Of a stretch of 64,000 nt of DNA, positions 27,814 through 40,032 are shown piece by piece (position 1 is the first letter of the stretch; each line of letters begins with the position of its first letter). Under the pieces are notes generated by a model. It ran no database searches. It saw nothing but the letters and a program-made list of their open reading frames with translations, and was not told the DNA's origin. Source of the stretch: Paecilomyces variotii (taxonomy: Eukaryota); the NCBI GenBank assembly GCA_004022145.1, contig RCNU01000010.1. One strand, 5' to 3'. The translations under genes and the position numbers were made by a program.

Positions 27814-29315
27814 AGTAGTAAAAGTAATAAAGGAGGAGAATAATAATAATACGAACCAATTAGTTGTCTTTTATTTCTGTCTCTCCTTCACGGCGTTTTC
27901 TAGGGGGAAGAGCTGCGTAGATTATCGCCGAGAACCAGCCGGGCTTGAAGCGAGCAACCCCACAGGGGATGTGCTGGATCTGGAGGGTTGGGGATGGGCG
28001 ATGGTGAGACTGGTTCTGGGATTGGCCTGTTGCGGAACCGATTTTCTGCTCTGGACGATTCTCGGTAATTATTGGGAAGAAAAATTGTGGATGACGATGA
28101 TTTGATGGGTGCACACTATCTATGGTATGGGTATGGTATCTCTAACTATGGTACTGGTTTATCATGATGAGATGATGATAGAAGAAAAAGCGAAAACTTA
28201 GTGTATTATTATGTTTTCCCCAGACTGACTACTGACTCCGTACTTTTTTTACTCCTCATTATTACTACTCCGTACCCCAGGCTGCCTTTTTTTTGGTTTC
28301 TGGAGCAAATTCAATCCAGTCGAACTTTCGCCGCCACCAGAGAGGATCGATCGGTTTTCTTGCCCACGAGTCGACGACCGTCCAGACGGGCCGCCACGGG
28401 GCTGGGCTGGACGCCAAATGGACGGAAGGTCAAGTCACCTGCTTTTCCCACCCCCCGTTTCTGGAGATTGAAAGGGTAAGGTAACTAGAGTTAAGTCTAG
28501 TAATAATAGTATGGAGGATCTTCTGGGGAAAAAACGAAGCCAGGATGCGAACAGGAAGGCCAAGTTGTTGGCCGATTGGCTTCCCGGGGAGGGGGATCTC
28601 TTCCCCACGTCCGGTGGCTAAAACTATCGATGTCATTGCCTGGCTGATGCTGATGCTCGTACTCTAGAGTTACGCAGAAAGTTACTACTACTAGTATCTA
28701 GAGTATGTTGGTGGCATTATTAACTATGGCATGGATGAACCCCGCCTTACCATAGGTACCATACAGTCTGGAGTTTGGACACGGGGGGGTTCTCGTATTA
28801 CATATCTTTGGGAAAGGATGGATGGATGGATTGATTGATTGATGGTAGATACAGCTGCAGTCTATCTGCTGTGTTCTCAATAATACGATAACAGTCTGCA
28901 GAGTATGTATTAGAGACAACCCCCATGTCGCCGGTAAGCCCTGAGCTTTCCCTGGATGGCCAATAATAAATGCAATGCCATAATGCAACCGGTCGCGAGT
29001 TCGTCTTTTCCCCGGAGCAACGGAACGACGGGCTGTCACGCCCCGCATGGCCGAGTGCGCTCAGCGCTCTTCGGGCGAGCGTCTGTCTGGACAGCTTAGT
29101 TCACCTGCCATCTAATTCATCGACACGGCTTAAACCCCAAGGAGGCAGATCAATCGACCGGAAACTCCTCGTCATGTATTATTGATTCGGGGTTGGGGGG
29201 GGACATCGTATTCAACATTTAAAGCTGCTGCCCGCCGCCGTCACCGGTTCCCCCCGCCCCCCTCTCCCCGGTTGTCACTTCTCCCGTTGTGTATACCAAC
29301 TCTTCCTATCTATCT

Positions 29316-29340
29316 TATATATATATATATATATATATAT
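29316..29340. repeat. (TA)n microsatellite in the facA core promoter region
   Basis: About 12 TA units, ~350 nt upstream of the facA ATG. Confidence 0.9.
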
Positions 29341-29684
29341 CCTCATAGATACTCCTAAATACTCATAAAAACCTATCCCTATCGTCTTCCATCACCTCAA
29401 TTTTCCCGTGTTCCCGGATCGTCAGGGTCTCGCTGCGAGTGTCCGGTCTTCGGCGGTCGAGAGCCCAACGCGCCGGTCGATTTCCGTCATAGCTTCTTGA
29501 ACCCCGCCCGCCGCGCAGAAGTTGGGAAGGACTACTTTAGTAGCTCCTCTCGTGTGTGCGTCTCACCCCCGTTTTCTCTCGCCGTCCTCCGCCATTGCGC
29601 CTTCAAGCTGACCTGCGTGGCCTTTTTTCTCATAGAAGAGGACACAATTTACAGAACCAGTTTAATCACATCCGTCGATTCACC

Positions 29685-31962
29685 ATGTCTGAGGGGGACG
29701 TTATGCCACCGAAGCCCGCCGTGGTAAGCTCGCTCTCTCTTTATTCTGTCTCTCTCGGCCAATCCCTGCTGCCGGATTTGCCAGCTGCTTTCGACCGAAC
29801 TATCCCCGTGCTAACGCAGGAACGCAATTTGCAACAGGTGCTCGAGGCTCACGATGTCGACACTTTCCATGTTCCCAAGGCATTCTACGACAAGCACCCC
29901 AGCCGGCCTCATCTGAAGGATCTCGATGAATACAAGAAGCTGTACGAGGAGTCCATCCGGGATCCCGACACCTTCTGGGCCCGGATGGCCCGCGAACTCC
30001 TGAGCTGGGACCGCGATTTCCAGACCACCCACACTGGCTCCTTTGCCAACGGCGACAACGCCTGGTTCGTCGAGGGCCGGCTGAACGCCTCGTTCAACTG
30101 CGTCGACCGTCACGCTCTCGCCGACCCCAACAAGGTCGCCATCATCTACGAGGCCGACGAGCCCAACGAGGGCCGCAACATCACCTATGGCGAGCTCCTG
30201 CGGGAGGTGTCGCGTGTCGCCTGGGTCCTCAAGCAGCAGGGTGTCAAGAAGGGAGACACCGTCGCCATCTATCTGCCCATGATCCCGGAGGCTCTGGTGG
30301 CCTTCCTGGCCTGCTCCCGCATCGGTGCTGTGCACTCGGTCGTCTTCGCTGGTTTCTCTTCCGACTCCCTCCGTGACCGTCTGCTCGACGCCCAGTCCAA
30401 GGTCATCATCACCACCGATGAGGGTAAGCGTGGTGGCAAGCTGATTGGCACCAAGAAGATCGTCGACGAGGCCCTGAAGCACTGCCCCGACGTGAAGAAC
30501 GTCCTGGTCTACAAGCGCACCGGCGCGGATGTGCCGTGGACCAAGGGCCGGGACCTCTGGTGGCACGAGGAGGTCGAGAAGTACCCCAACTACCTGCCCC
30601 CGGAGCCCGTCAACTCGGAGGACCCTCTCTTCCTGCTCTACACCTCCGGTTCGACCGGCAAGCCCAAGGGTGTCATGCACAGCACGGGTGGTTACCTGCT
30701 GGGCGCGGCCGCCACGGGCAAGTATGTCTTCGACATCCACCCCGAGGACCGCTTCTTCTGCGGTGGTGATGTGGGCTGGATCACCGGTCACAGCTACGTC
30801 GTCTACGCTCCGCTGTTGCTGGGCTGCTCCACCGTCGTCTTCGAGAGTACTCCCGCCTACCCCAACTTCTCCCGTTACTGGGACGTCATCGAGAAGCACA
30901 AGGTCACCCAGTTCTACGTTGCTCCGACCGCGCTGCGTCTGCTGAAGCGTGCTGGTGACGAGCACATCCACCACAAGATGGAGCACCTCCGTGTGCTCGG
31001 TTCCGTCGGAGAGCCCATCGCTGCTGAGGTCTGGAAGTGGTACTTTGAGAAGGTCGGAAAGGAAGAGTGCCACATTGTCGACGTAAGACCCCTCCTTTTC
31101 TTCCTTTCTTCTACAGAATATATTCTGGCAAAATTAATGGATCAAATTGGCTAATTCGCGTTTCTAGACCTACTGGCAAACCGAGACCGGTTCGCACGTG
31201 ATCACCCCTCTGGGTGGTGTGACCCCCACGAAGCCGGGAAGTGCCTCGCTGCCTTTCTTCGGTATCGAGCCCGCCATCATCGACCCCGTCTCCGGCGAGG
31301 AGATCACGGGCAACGATGTCGAGGGTGTTCTCGCCATCAAGCAGCCCTGGCCCAGCATGGCCCGTACCGTCTGGGGCGCCCACAAGCGCTACATGGACAC
31401 CTACCTGAACGTGTACAAGGGCTACTACTTCACCGGAGACGGTGCTGGCCGTGACCACGACGGCTACTACTGGATCCGTGGCCGTGTGGACGATGTTGTT
31501 AACGTGTCGGGACACCGTCTGTCGACCGCTGAGATTGAGGCGGCCCTGGTCGAGCACCCCCAGGTTGCGGAGGCGGCCGTCGTGGGTATTGCCGACGAGC
31601 TGACCGGTCAGGCCGTCAACGCCTTCGTGTCGCTGAAGCCAGGCAACGAGACGACCGAGCAGGTGCGCAAGGACCTGGTCATGCAGGTCCGTAAGTCGAT
31701 CGGACCGTTTGCTGCCCCCAAGGCCGTCTTTGTGATCGACGACCTGCCCAAGACCCGCTCCGGTAAGATCATGCGCCGTGTTTTGCGCAAGATCCTGAGC
31801 GGTGAGGAGGACAGTCTAGGTGACGTCTCGACGGTAAGTTTTTTTCAGAGCCTTCTGCCATTTAATATCAATTGTCATGGATACTGACTGTGCGAATAGC
31901 TGTCCGACCCGTCTGTGGTGGACAAGATCATCCAGGTTGTCCACGCTGCGCGCAAGAAGTAA
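29685..31962 (+). CDS. facA: Acetyl-CoA synthetase (AMP-forming); 4 coding exons
   Basis: [71 protein letters not shown]; introns 29724-29837, ~31083-31168, ~31834-31899; strong C/G-ending codon bias; stop TAA 31960-31962. Confidence 0.97.
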
Positions 31963-33119
31963 AGGGCAATCTGAAACGAAAGAAAACGAACTTAAAAAAA
32001 AAAGAACAAAAAACAAAACCGAACAGAACATAATCCCAATGAAATAAAGGGAACGAGGAGGAAACCCCCACCCTTACTTACGTCGGCTTCGATACCAACG
32101 AGTATAAGTCCGTGGCATGAGTAGAGTCTGCATGGATGAGCGACTCTTTTCTGATGCATTGATCGTGCATGACCTTTTGCAGATTCCCACGTTTGTACAG
32201 AGCATATTCTGGATATATCCATGTTTATATCTTCCAATTTTATTCCAGCCCACTACCGTATGCATGTTACTCCTCTTCATAAATAATGCCAGTAGAAAGA
32301 ATACTAGATCGAACCTTGGAAAGGCCGTCAAGAAACCGTTTTAAGCTAGCTCTCTAGCACCTGCAGAGTAACGGCGCCTCTCTGCAGTGTGATGGCCGTG
32401 CTCCGATTGGGCCACTCAACACGATTAGTCATGCACTCACATGACTGCCTACCGGAATGCTCTGCTCCCAGCGTCTCTGCCTGGTAGGACCATAAGTTAA
32501 TCGACTTATTATTATTTCTCTCTTTGTCTCTCTCTCTCTCTCTCTGGTTATTATTTATTAGACTATATATCTATCTACCTCTTATCTTTTTGCCGCTCTT
32601 TTCTCTTTCTGCTCTCCGTCTCTCTCCCAACCAGCCTCCAGCTTCTCCCCCGTCAATCCCGTTCGGGAATAGACTCAGCCGCTCTAAGCGAACCCGCCCT
32701 TCCTAACCTCCTCTACAGCTTTCTCTCCTCCTCTTAAGCATCGCGTGTCTCGTAGCAGGTCTCCCATCACCTTACCTTCGCCTCTTTCTCCCCTGCTCGT
32801 TCTCCGGTGCACCCTCCAAGCGGATTCTCTTCGATCCTCCGCAGCTTGCACACGGCTCTTTAGACCGCCACTCCGCATTTCCGGCGGCCAATCCCTGTTT
32901 GCATCTTGCCTGAAGCGCGTCGCGGTTATCTATTCCCCTTCTCGCCGCTCTGTCTTCAGCCGTCTCCCTCGACCTTTTCTTCTCTTTGTCCCTTGTAATT
33001 TAGCATACTACTTTGATCGCCTCACCCCCGCGCTGTCGCCTTTTGCGCACTCGATAACGTCGCTTGAACGGATGAATTAATACGAGGGAAGAAAAAAAGA
33101 GAGAGACAGCAAAGAAAAA

Positions 33120-36100
33120 ATGTCTTTCGGTGGATTCGGTGGCTTCGGCCAGAACAACCAGCAGAGCTCCGGCTTTGGAACCGGCTCTGGGTTTGGAGGA
33201 TCAGGAACAGGAGGAGGTAGGTGTTCACTTTTGTCAACTTGCGATTCAGAACTTTTCCCTCCGTGATTTGGGGACTTTGGACTTCCCGTCGCTGGCGCTC
33301 TCGATGTCAACCCGCGGCCGTTGGAAGGAAAAGACGACGACGAGAGAGGGAGAGAAGAAAAAAAGAATCGCATAGCCAACTACCACTCGCGGATCACCTC
33401 CCGGCGTCGAAGGCGCAAATCTGCAACGGAAAAGAAAGCAAAGGGCCAAAAGAAAAACAAAAAAGGAGTAATCCTCAGTTCAGAACAGTCTCTGACCGCG
33501 TTTTTTACCCCATGATCTAGGCTTTGGGTCTACGTCGTCACCGTTTGGCGGCACTAATACGACCGGTGGCGGCTTGTTCGGTAGCACATCGGGCGGCTTT
33601 GGCTCCGGCGGAGGTACGTGATCAACAAACCTGCCGTGAAATTCGCAGGATGGACGTTTCTTCTCGTTTTGCGACTGTAACGTTGGCGGTGAATGTGATG
33701 GCCGCGGTGGCTGGCCTGCCACGAGGCATTCACTGTCTGGCCACCTCTGGCGTCCGCACACAACACTTCGAGCCAAGCGTACTTGGATCCGTACCCAGGA
33801 GCGCCAGCAACACTTCCTTTCTCTTCTCTACGAATCAACGGCAGTCCAAAGTCTCTCTTTAACTCACAGCTCGTTTTTTTTCTTCGTTTTTTCACATCCT
33901 TTTTTCTTTGCACTTACTGCGATACGCAAGATGTCTCTCGCAGTTACTGACTCAGTACATGTAGGATTCGGCTCTACTCAGAACCAGTCGAACTCCCTCT
34001 TTGGCAGTCAAAATCGTACGACTGGCTTCGGATCCACCCCTGCGACAAGCGGTGGCAGTCTCTTCGGGGGCGGTACTGCGACGTCTGGTGGCACGGGATT
34101 CGGTGGCTTTGGTTCGACCTCGAACACAGGCGGATTCGGTAGCGCCAACACTGGTGGTGGTATGTTTGGCAACAAGACGGGTGGCTTTGGAAGCAGCACT
34201 GGCACAACTGGGTTTGGCACTGGAACAACAGGAGGCTTCGGGACCGGCACAACGACCACTGGGTTCGGTGCTGCGGCCGGATCCGCCTTCCAAGGCGCTA
34301 TTCCTCCTTGCGAGGGAACTGGAGGCACTCCATTCAACCCTGTGACGGAGAAGGACACCAGCTCCAATGTCACCAACCACTACCAGAGCATCACTTATAT
34401 GCAACCTTACAGCAGATACTCCTTTGAGGTGAGTTTCATTAAGTTGCGTATTCTTTTTTAGCCTTTGGTTACTAACAATAGCATAGGAACTTCGTCTAGC
34501 TGATTATCAACAAGGCCGTAGATACGGCAACGGAAGCGGCCAGGCTGGAGCGTTCGGTACCCCTGCCTTTGGTGGAACTGGTTTTGGACAGCAGACTACC
34601 ACCACTGGCTTCGGCGGTACCACGACTACGCCTTTCGGTGGTGCTGCTACGAGCGCGCCATCTGCTTTTGGACAGACTGCCACGACTGGTGGTTTCGGTT
34701 CCACCTCGACGAACCCTTTGTTCGGAGCTCAGAAGCCAGCCACTTCCCTCTTCGGAACCTCAACCACCAACACCTCTCAGCCTACCCTCTTTGGCGGCAA
34801 TACCGCAACGACTGGTGGCTTTGGGAGCACCGGCGGTACGACTGGAGGCTTCGGAACGGGTGGTTCACTGTTTGGTAGCAACGCCAACCAGCAGCAACAG
34901 CAGAACAAACCGCTGTTTGGAGGCACCACAGGAACCGGATTCGGTACTGGCACTGGATTCGGTCAGCAGAACACTACCAGCGCCGCCAATCCGTTCGGAG
35001 CGACGACAGCCACCGCTTCTCCGTTTGGTGGTCAGCAGCAGACTGGCACCAGTGCCTTTGGTGGATTCGGACAGCAGAACCAGACCCAGCAAACAGGGAC
35101 TGGTGGAGGGCTGTTTGGTGGCGCGAACCAGCAACAGCAGCAGAAGCCAAGTCTTTTTGGCTCAGGAACTGGAACTGGAACTGGGCTCTTTGGCCAAAAC
35201 AACCAGCAGACTACCACTGGTGGTGGTCTCTTCGGCAATACCAATCAGCAAACGGGCACTGGAGGATTGTTTGGTGGTGGTGCGCAGCAGCAGGAGCAAA
35301 AGCCTAGTCCGTTTGGAGGCGCCACGGCCACCGGAACCAGTGCCTTTGGTGGATTTGGACAGCAAAACCAGAACCAGCAGGCCGGCACTGGTGGTGGCCT
35401 CTTTGGCAGCACTGCCAACCAGCAACAACAGAAGCCGAGTCTTTTCGGAAGCACCACCACGGGAGGTGGTCTTTTCGGCCAGACCAACACTGGAACTGCT
35501 CAACCAGGAGGCACCTCGCTTTTCGTCGGTGCGCAGAACCAGCAACAGCAGACTGGAGGCCTGGGGACCACAAGCTTGTTCGGCGGCACTCAAAACCAGC
35601 AGCAGCAACAGCAACCGTCGCCAGCTCCAGGCTCCCTACAGGCTTCGCTGCTGGATGGAAATCCTTATGGCAACCAGTCTATATTCTCTGGATTGCCGGG
35701 TCCCAATGCCCCCAGCCCAGGTCCCCTTGCGACCCCTCTGTCTTCTAGCATGAAACAGAAGCAGCGCACCCCTCTGCCTGTCTACAAGATTACCCCCAAT
35801 GCGGCGAACCGTCTCATCACCCCCCCTAAGCGCCAGGGATACGGATTTTCTTACTCTACCTACGGATCCCCCTCTAGCACGACCAGCACCCCTAATGGAC
35901 TGGGCGGTAGCCTCTTGGGTGGTGGCAGCATCCGCGGCGGTGCAGGTCTTACCGGCAGCTTCGGCCGTAGTTTTAACAAGAGTTTCTCTACTAGCAACCT
36001 GCGCAAGACTTTCGATCCGGATACCGATAGCATTCTGGCTCCTGGCGCGTTCACTCCTGGTAGTTCGCGCTACTCGAGCGGTAGCCTTAAGCGGCTGACA

Positions 36101-39100
36101 ATTGACCGCAGCCTGAGAAGCGATCTCTTTTCACGCGCAGCTAGCACCTCTTCTGGTGCCATCACCAACGGCGACGACGTCGCTCATCAGGGCAGCAAAT
36201 TGAAGAAGAGGGTTAGCTTTGACTCCGAGTCGCAGGAGCCGGACGGTGCCGGCGAAGGTGCCGTTGTGCGTGCGGAGACTGAGAGCCCTGAGCCCACTGC
36301 TGAAGAACTCGGTTTCCTGCGATCCGTCCGCAAGGACGGCCAGGTCAACGGTGTGAACGGCGTCAAGGCCACCGCAACAACGGTCGAGTCTCCTTCCCGG
36401 CCAGAGATGGAGTCCGTCCGCGGCAACGAACTTGCTGTGGTCCCAGAGGCCGAGAGCCCCCCCACGAACGGTGTTTCCAAGTTGCCATTTGTTCCCACTG
36501 CTGATCCTCAGCCCGGCGAGTACTGGATGAAGCCTTCGCGAGCTGAACTCAGCAAGATGAGCCGCGATGAGCTGAAGCACGTCGTCGGTTTTACGGTCGG
36601 ACGCCAGAAGTGCGGTCAAGTCACTTTCGACGAGCCTGTTGACCTGACCACAGTCGACCTTGACCAGATCTTCGGCGGAATTGTCGTGATTGGAGTTCGT
36701 TCGATCACCGTCTACCCCGATGATGTGCACAAGCCCCCGATGGGCAAGGGGCTCAACGTCCCCTCGACCCTCCGAATCGAGAACTCCTGGCCCCGCGGTC
36801 GAGACAAGAAGTCACCGTCTCCCCTTACCAGCGGCCCTCTGTTCGACAAGCATGTTGACCGTTTGAGAAAGGTGCACAACACCCAGTTCGTGGCATACGA
36901 GAAGGATGCCGGAACCTGGATCTTCAAGGTGCCTCACTTCACCACTTATGGTCTTGACTACGATGACGACGATGAAGGTGAGAGCCACAACCAAAGCACA
37001 TTGAGTGCCGCTCCTGACACACCCACTCCCAAGGCTCATTCACCCGCGAATCTGGACCACACCGTGGGCTCTGAGCCGACCTCATCCTTTTCGATCGACG
37101 AGTCTTTCGTGGGCTCTATAGCCGGGGTGGAGGACGACACATTCGATTTTAAGAAGCGCAAGATGGTCCCGGGAGCGTTTGGTAACCGGATGGGAACGAT
37201 TGAAGATGAGGGGGTAGAATCGGAGGGAGAGACGGAGGAGTCTTTTTTAGAGGACGGCTCCGCGGGTTCGACTATTGAACAGGATGGCGACGAAGACGTT
37301 ACTGAAAGTCAGCAATCTATCGAGTCAGAAGTTGGATCTGATGAGGACGACGAAATGGAGATGGCCGGCTCCTTTCCTACGCCTCATCGCACCGCGGAGC
37401 AGGATAATACCACAGGCAGCATTATGTCGGATTTTGAGTACACACAGCGCTCGGTTAACCCTTGGGGTACGCCATCCAAAGCTCAGCTCGACCTTAGCGG
37501 AGACTGGGCAGACCAGCTGCAGCGAACGATCAGTCCAAGGAAGCAGAACCGTGATGCACTCCGTGAGATACAAGCAAATGCCTTTGCGGATAAGCATCTG
37601 CTGGATGATACGCCCAAGGACAAGACCGCGACGGACGGACGCCAGAAAGGTTTTACGACTAGCATTGATTTGATGAATTCGTTATTTCAGCAACCGCGCA
37701 AGCAGGGACAGGCTCCAACGAAGAAGCAGAATGTGCAACCCCAAGCTCTACAGGTTTGACTCCCTTGTTAATAATTGCTCAATATTCCCCTTTCCTTTCC
37801 CAAGATTGTATTTAGGAACCCCTGGGCCTTAAGCCCAGTCATATGCAGATAGCGAAAATGAGAATCCCAAGAATCGAATAGCTAAAATCTTTGTCTTTGC
37901 AGTGGCCCTATTCCAAGCAACCCAAGACCTTCGCCACCGACTCGAATGAGCTTACTGAAGACGATATTGCGTTCCATCACTCGTTCAAACCACGCTGGGG
38001 TCCTATGGATTCGATCATCTGCGCGAAGAATGACATGAGAAACACTCTTCCCGACCCTGGAGAGCCCTGGGAGCAGGGGTTTTCCATTACGAGCGAAGGC
38101 CGCGATATCGTCCTACTGGCTTTCAATAAGACTCCAGAGGTTGGTGGCTAACTCCACGAGTAGAAACCGAGCTTTATTTGCTGATCCCTTTTCTAGTCCG
38201 AGGCATTGCTAGAGACTCAGCGTGAACAATCTATCGTTCGTCGCGTTGATGGCGTCCCCTTTGCCCGTCTGGCAAAGGCTGATCTGCGCCAATTCATTCA
38301 GCTCTCGGCACAGACCGACGCGGAGCGGCAGATCTGGCAACTGGCAAACATTCTCTTTAATGACGATATTGAGGATGATATCTCTGCTAGTGTCCCCGCC
38401 CATCTTCGATCGAGATATGCGCACCGCATCAAGAAGGACCGTCTTAGTCGACTGTGGGAAAGTATTGTCCGTGAGAGGCACCCGAAGGATCTAGAGCAGT
38501 TCGACTCTGCAGAGGAACGTGCCGTTGCTTTGCTCTGTTCGCACCGGCTTGATGAGGCTTGCAGGACATTGGTGGAGAGTGGCAACTTGCATCTTGCAAC
38601 ACTCCTCGCGCAAATCGGCCGCAACTCAACTACGCGAGCTGATATGCAGAAGCAGGTCGAGTCATGGCGCCAGCACAATGTCTACTCCGAAATGAGTGAG
38701 CCGATCCGGGCTCTGTATGAGCTTCTCGCTGGTAACGCTCTCCGCAGCGAAGGCAAGCCGGGTGGCGCGTTGGAAGATCGCGCTTCGACATTTACTTTCA
38801 GTGAACGTTTCCGCCTCGACTGGTTCCAAGCTTTTGGTCTGCGTCTCTGGTATTGCATTGCTGAGGACGAACCGATCGAATTTGCTGTCTCCAAGTTCCT
38901 TCATGACATCACCGATGGTGGTGAGCCTGCCTTCCCCTTGCCATCATATCTGGAGGCGAATCGCGAGGCGGCACGCAACAACACCGATATTCTTGGCCGC
39001 GAGTCCCCTCTTTGGGTGCTTTTGAAGGTCTATGCGGTGGCAGCTGGCGGTGCTGATGCTGCTACTCTTCCCAAGTTGGAATTCCCGGCAGCAGTGCTTC

Positions 39101-40032
39101 CCGAGTCCGTATCTGGTGACAAAATGTCCAACCGTCTGTCATTCCAGCTGCACCACTTAGTCTGTGTCCTCGTTGGTCAGCATGACCGGGTCGCCGTTGA
39201 CAATGCCCGCGCCGACCAGCTGGTGTGGGATTACGCTTGGGAGCTCAGCTCTGTCGGCCAGTTCGAGCAGGCGGCTTTCGTGCTTCTCCATCTATCGCGG
39301 GCTGTGGACCGCGAGCGTGCGGTGAAGGATCTTCTGGCACGATACGCGCGGATGCTTCCCAATCCAACAACCGCTGAGGGCGCTCCGGATGCGACCTGGC
39401 ATTATTTCACGAACGATCTTCAGCTTCCTGAGGCCTGGCTGTGGGTTGCCAAGGCTCTCTACGCGCGCGATGCTGGGGACGCTGCGGCGGAGGTGGACTG
39501 CCTCATTCGCGGCAAGAACTGGAATGATGCGCATGCCACGTTCTGTCGCGTTGTTGGACCACGAACAATCATTGAGCGCGACTATGCCACGCTAGAGATG
39601 CTGCTGTCAGGTTTCGGAGATGGACCCGAGCGGAAGGTGAGAGGCTGGACGAACGGAGGAGGCGTCTACGATGACTTTTTGCGACTGGTCACTGCCAAGG
39701 GTGCCCGCAAGGAAACGAACCGTTTGAAGCGTCTGGTCGCAGCACTGGTTGCGATGGGAGAGAAGGTCAGTCAGGGAGCTGGTCCGGAGGGACTGGAGGA
39801 GAGAGTTGCTTTCCGCGAAATGAGCCGTGTGGCTGCGGGATGGTGTGTACAGGAAGAGGGAGATGTGAGTGATTTGGTGTCTTATATCGCATTGAGCATC
39901 GCTAACTCCAGAGTGCAGGCTGTCGCATTGTCTGCTGTCCTTAACTTGCCGCTGACAGGCGATGCGCGGTTGCAGCACACGACCGAGCTGAGCCGGCGAT
40001 ACTACAGCGTCGTCATGGCCGGTGCTTACTGA
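33120..40032 (+). CDS. sonB: Nup98-Nup96 nucleoporin precursor (SonB/Nup189-like); 7 exons
   Basis: FG/GLFG repeats, GLEBS motif (YQSITYMQPYSRYSFE|ELRLADY), autoproteolytic domain ending WIFKVPHF|TTY, Nup96 domain; introns 33218-33520, 33614-33964, ~34429-34487, 37754-37902, ~38140-38196, 39865-39918. Confidence 0.95.

Noticed and set aside
29811-31073. 420-aa antisense ORF over facA
   Set aside because: Expected shadow of strong C/G-ending codon bias on the sense strand; its ends track the facA exon and it has no recognisable motifs.
31940-31975. Cryptic peroxisomal PTS1 on FacA by read-through or intron retention
   Set aside because: Protein ends ARKK with TAA; read-through gives RAI* and last-intron retention ends HGY*; neither is PTS1-like.
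33218-33964. Possible intronic snoRNAs in the long nup98 introns
   Set aside because: No convincing RUGAUGA...CUGA box pair with a terminal stem or H/ACA layout seen by eye; an Infernal/Rfam search would be needed to exclude it.
33965-35620. Regularly spaced nucleotide repeats and many overlapping ORFs
   Set aside because: These are coding FG/GLFG and poly-Q repeats of Nup98, not a CRISPR array or separate genes.
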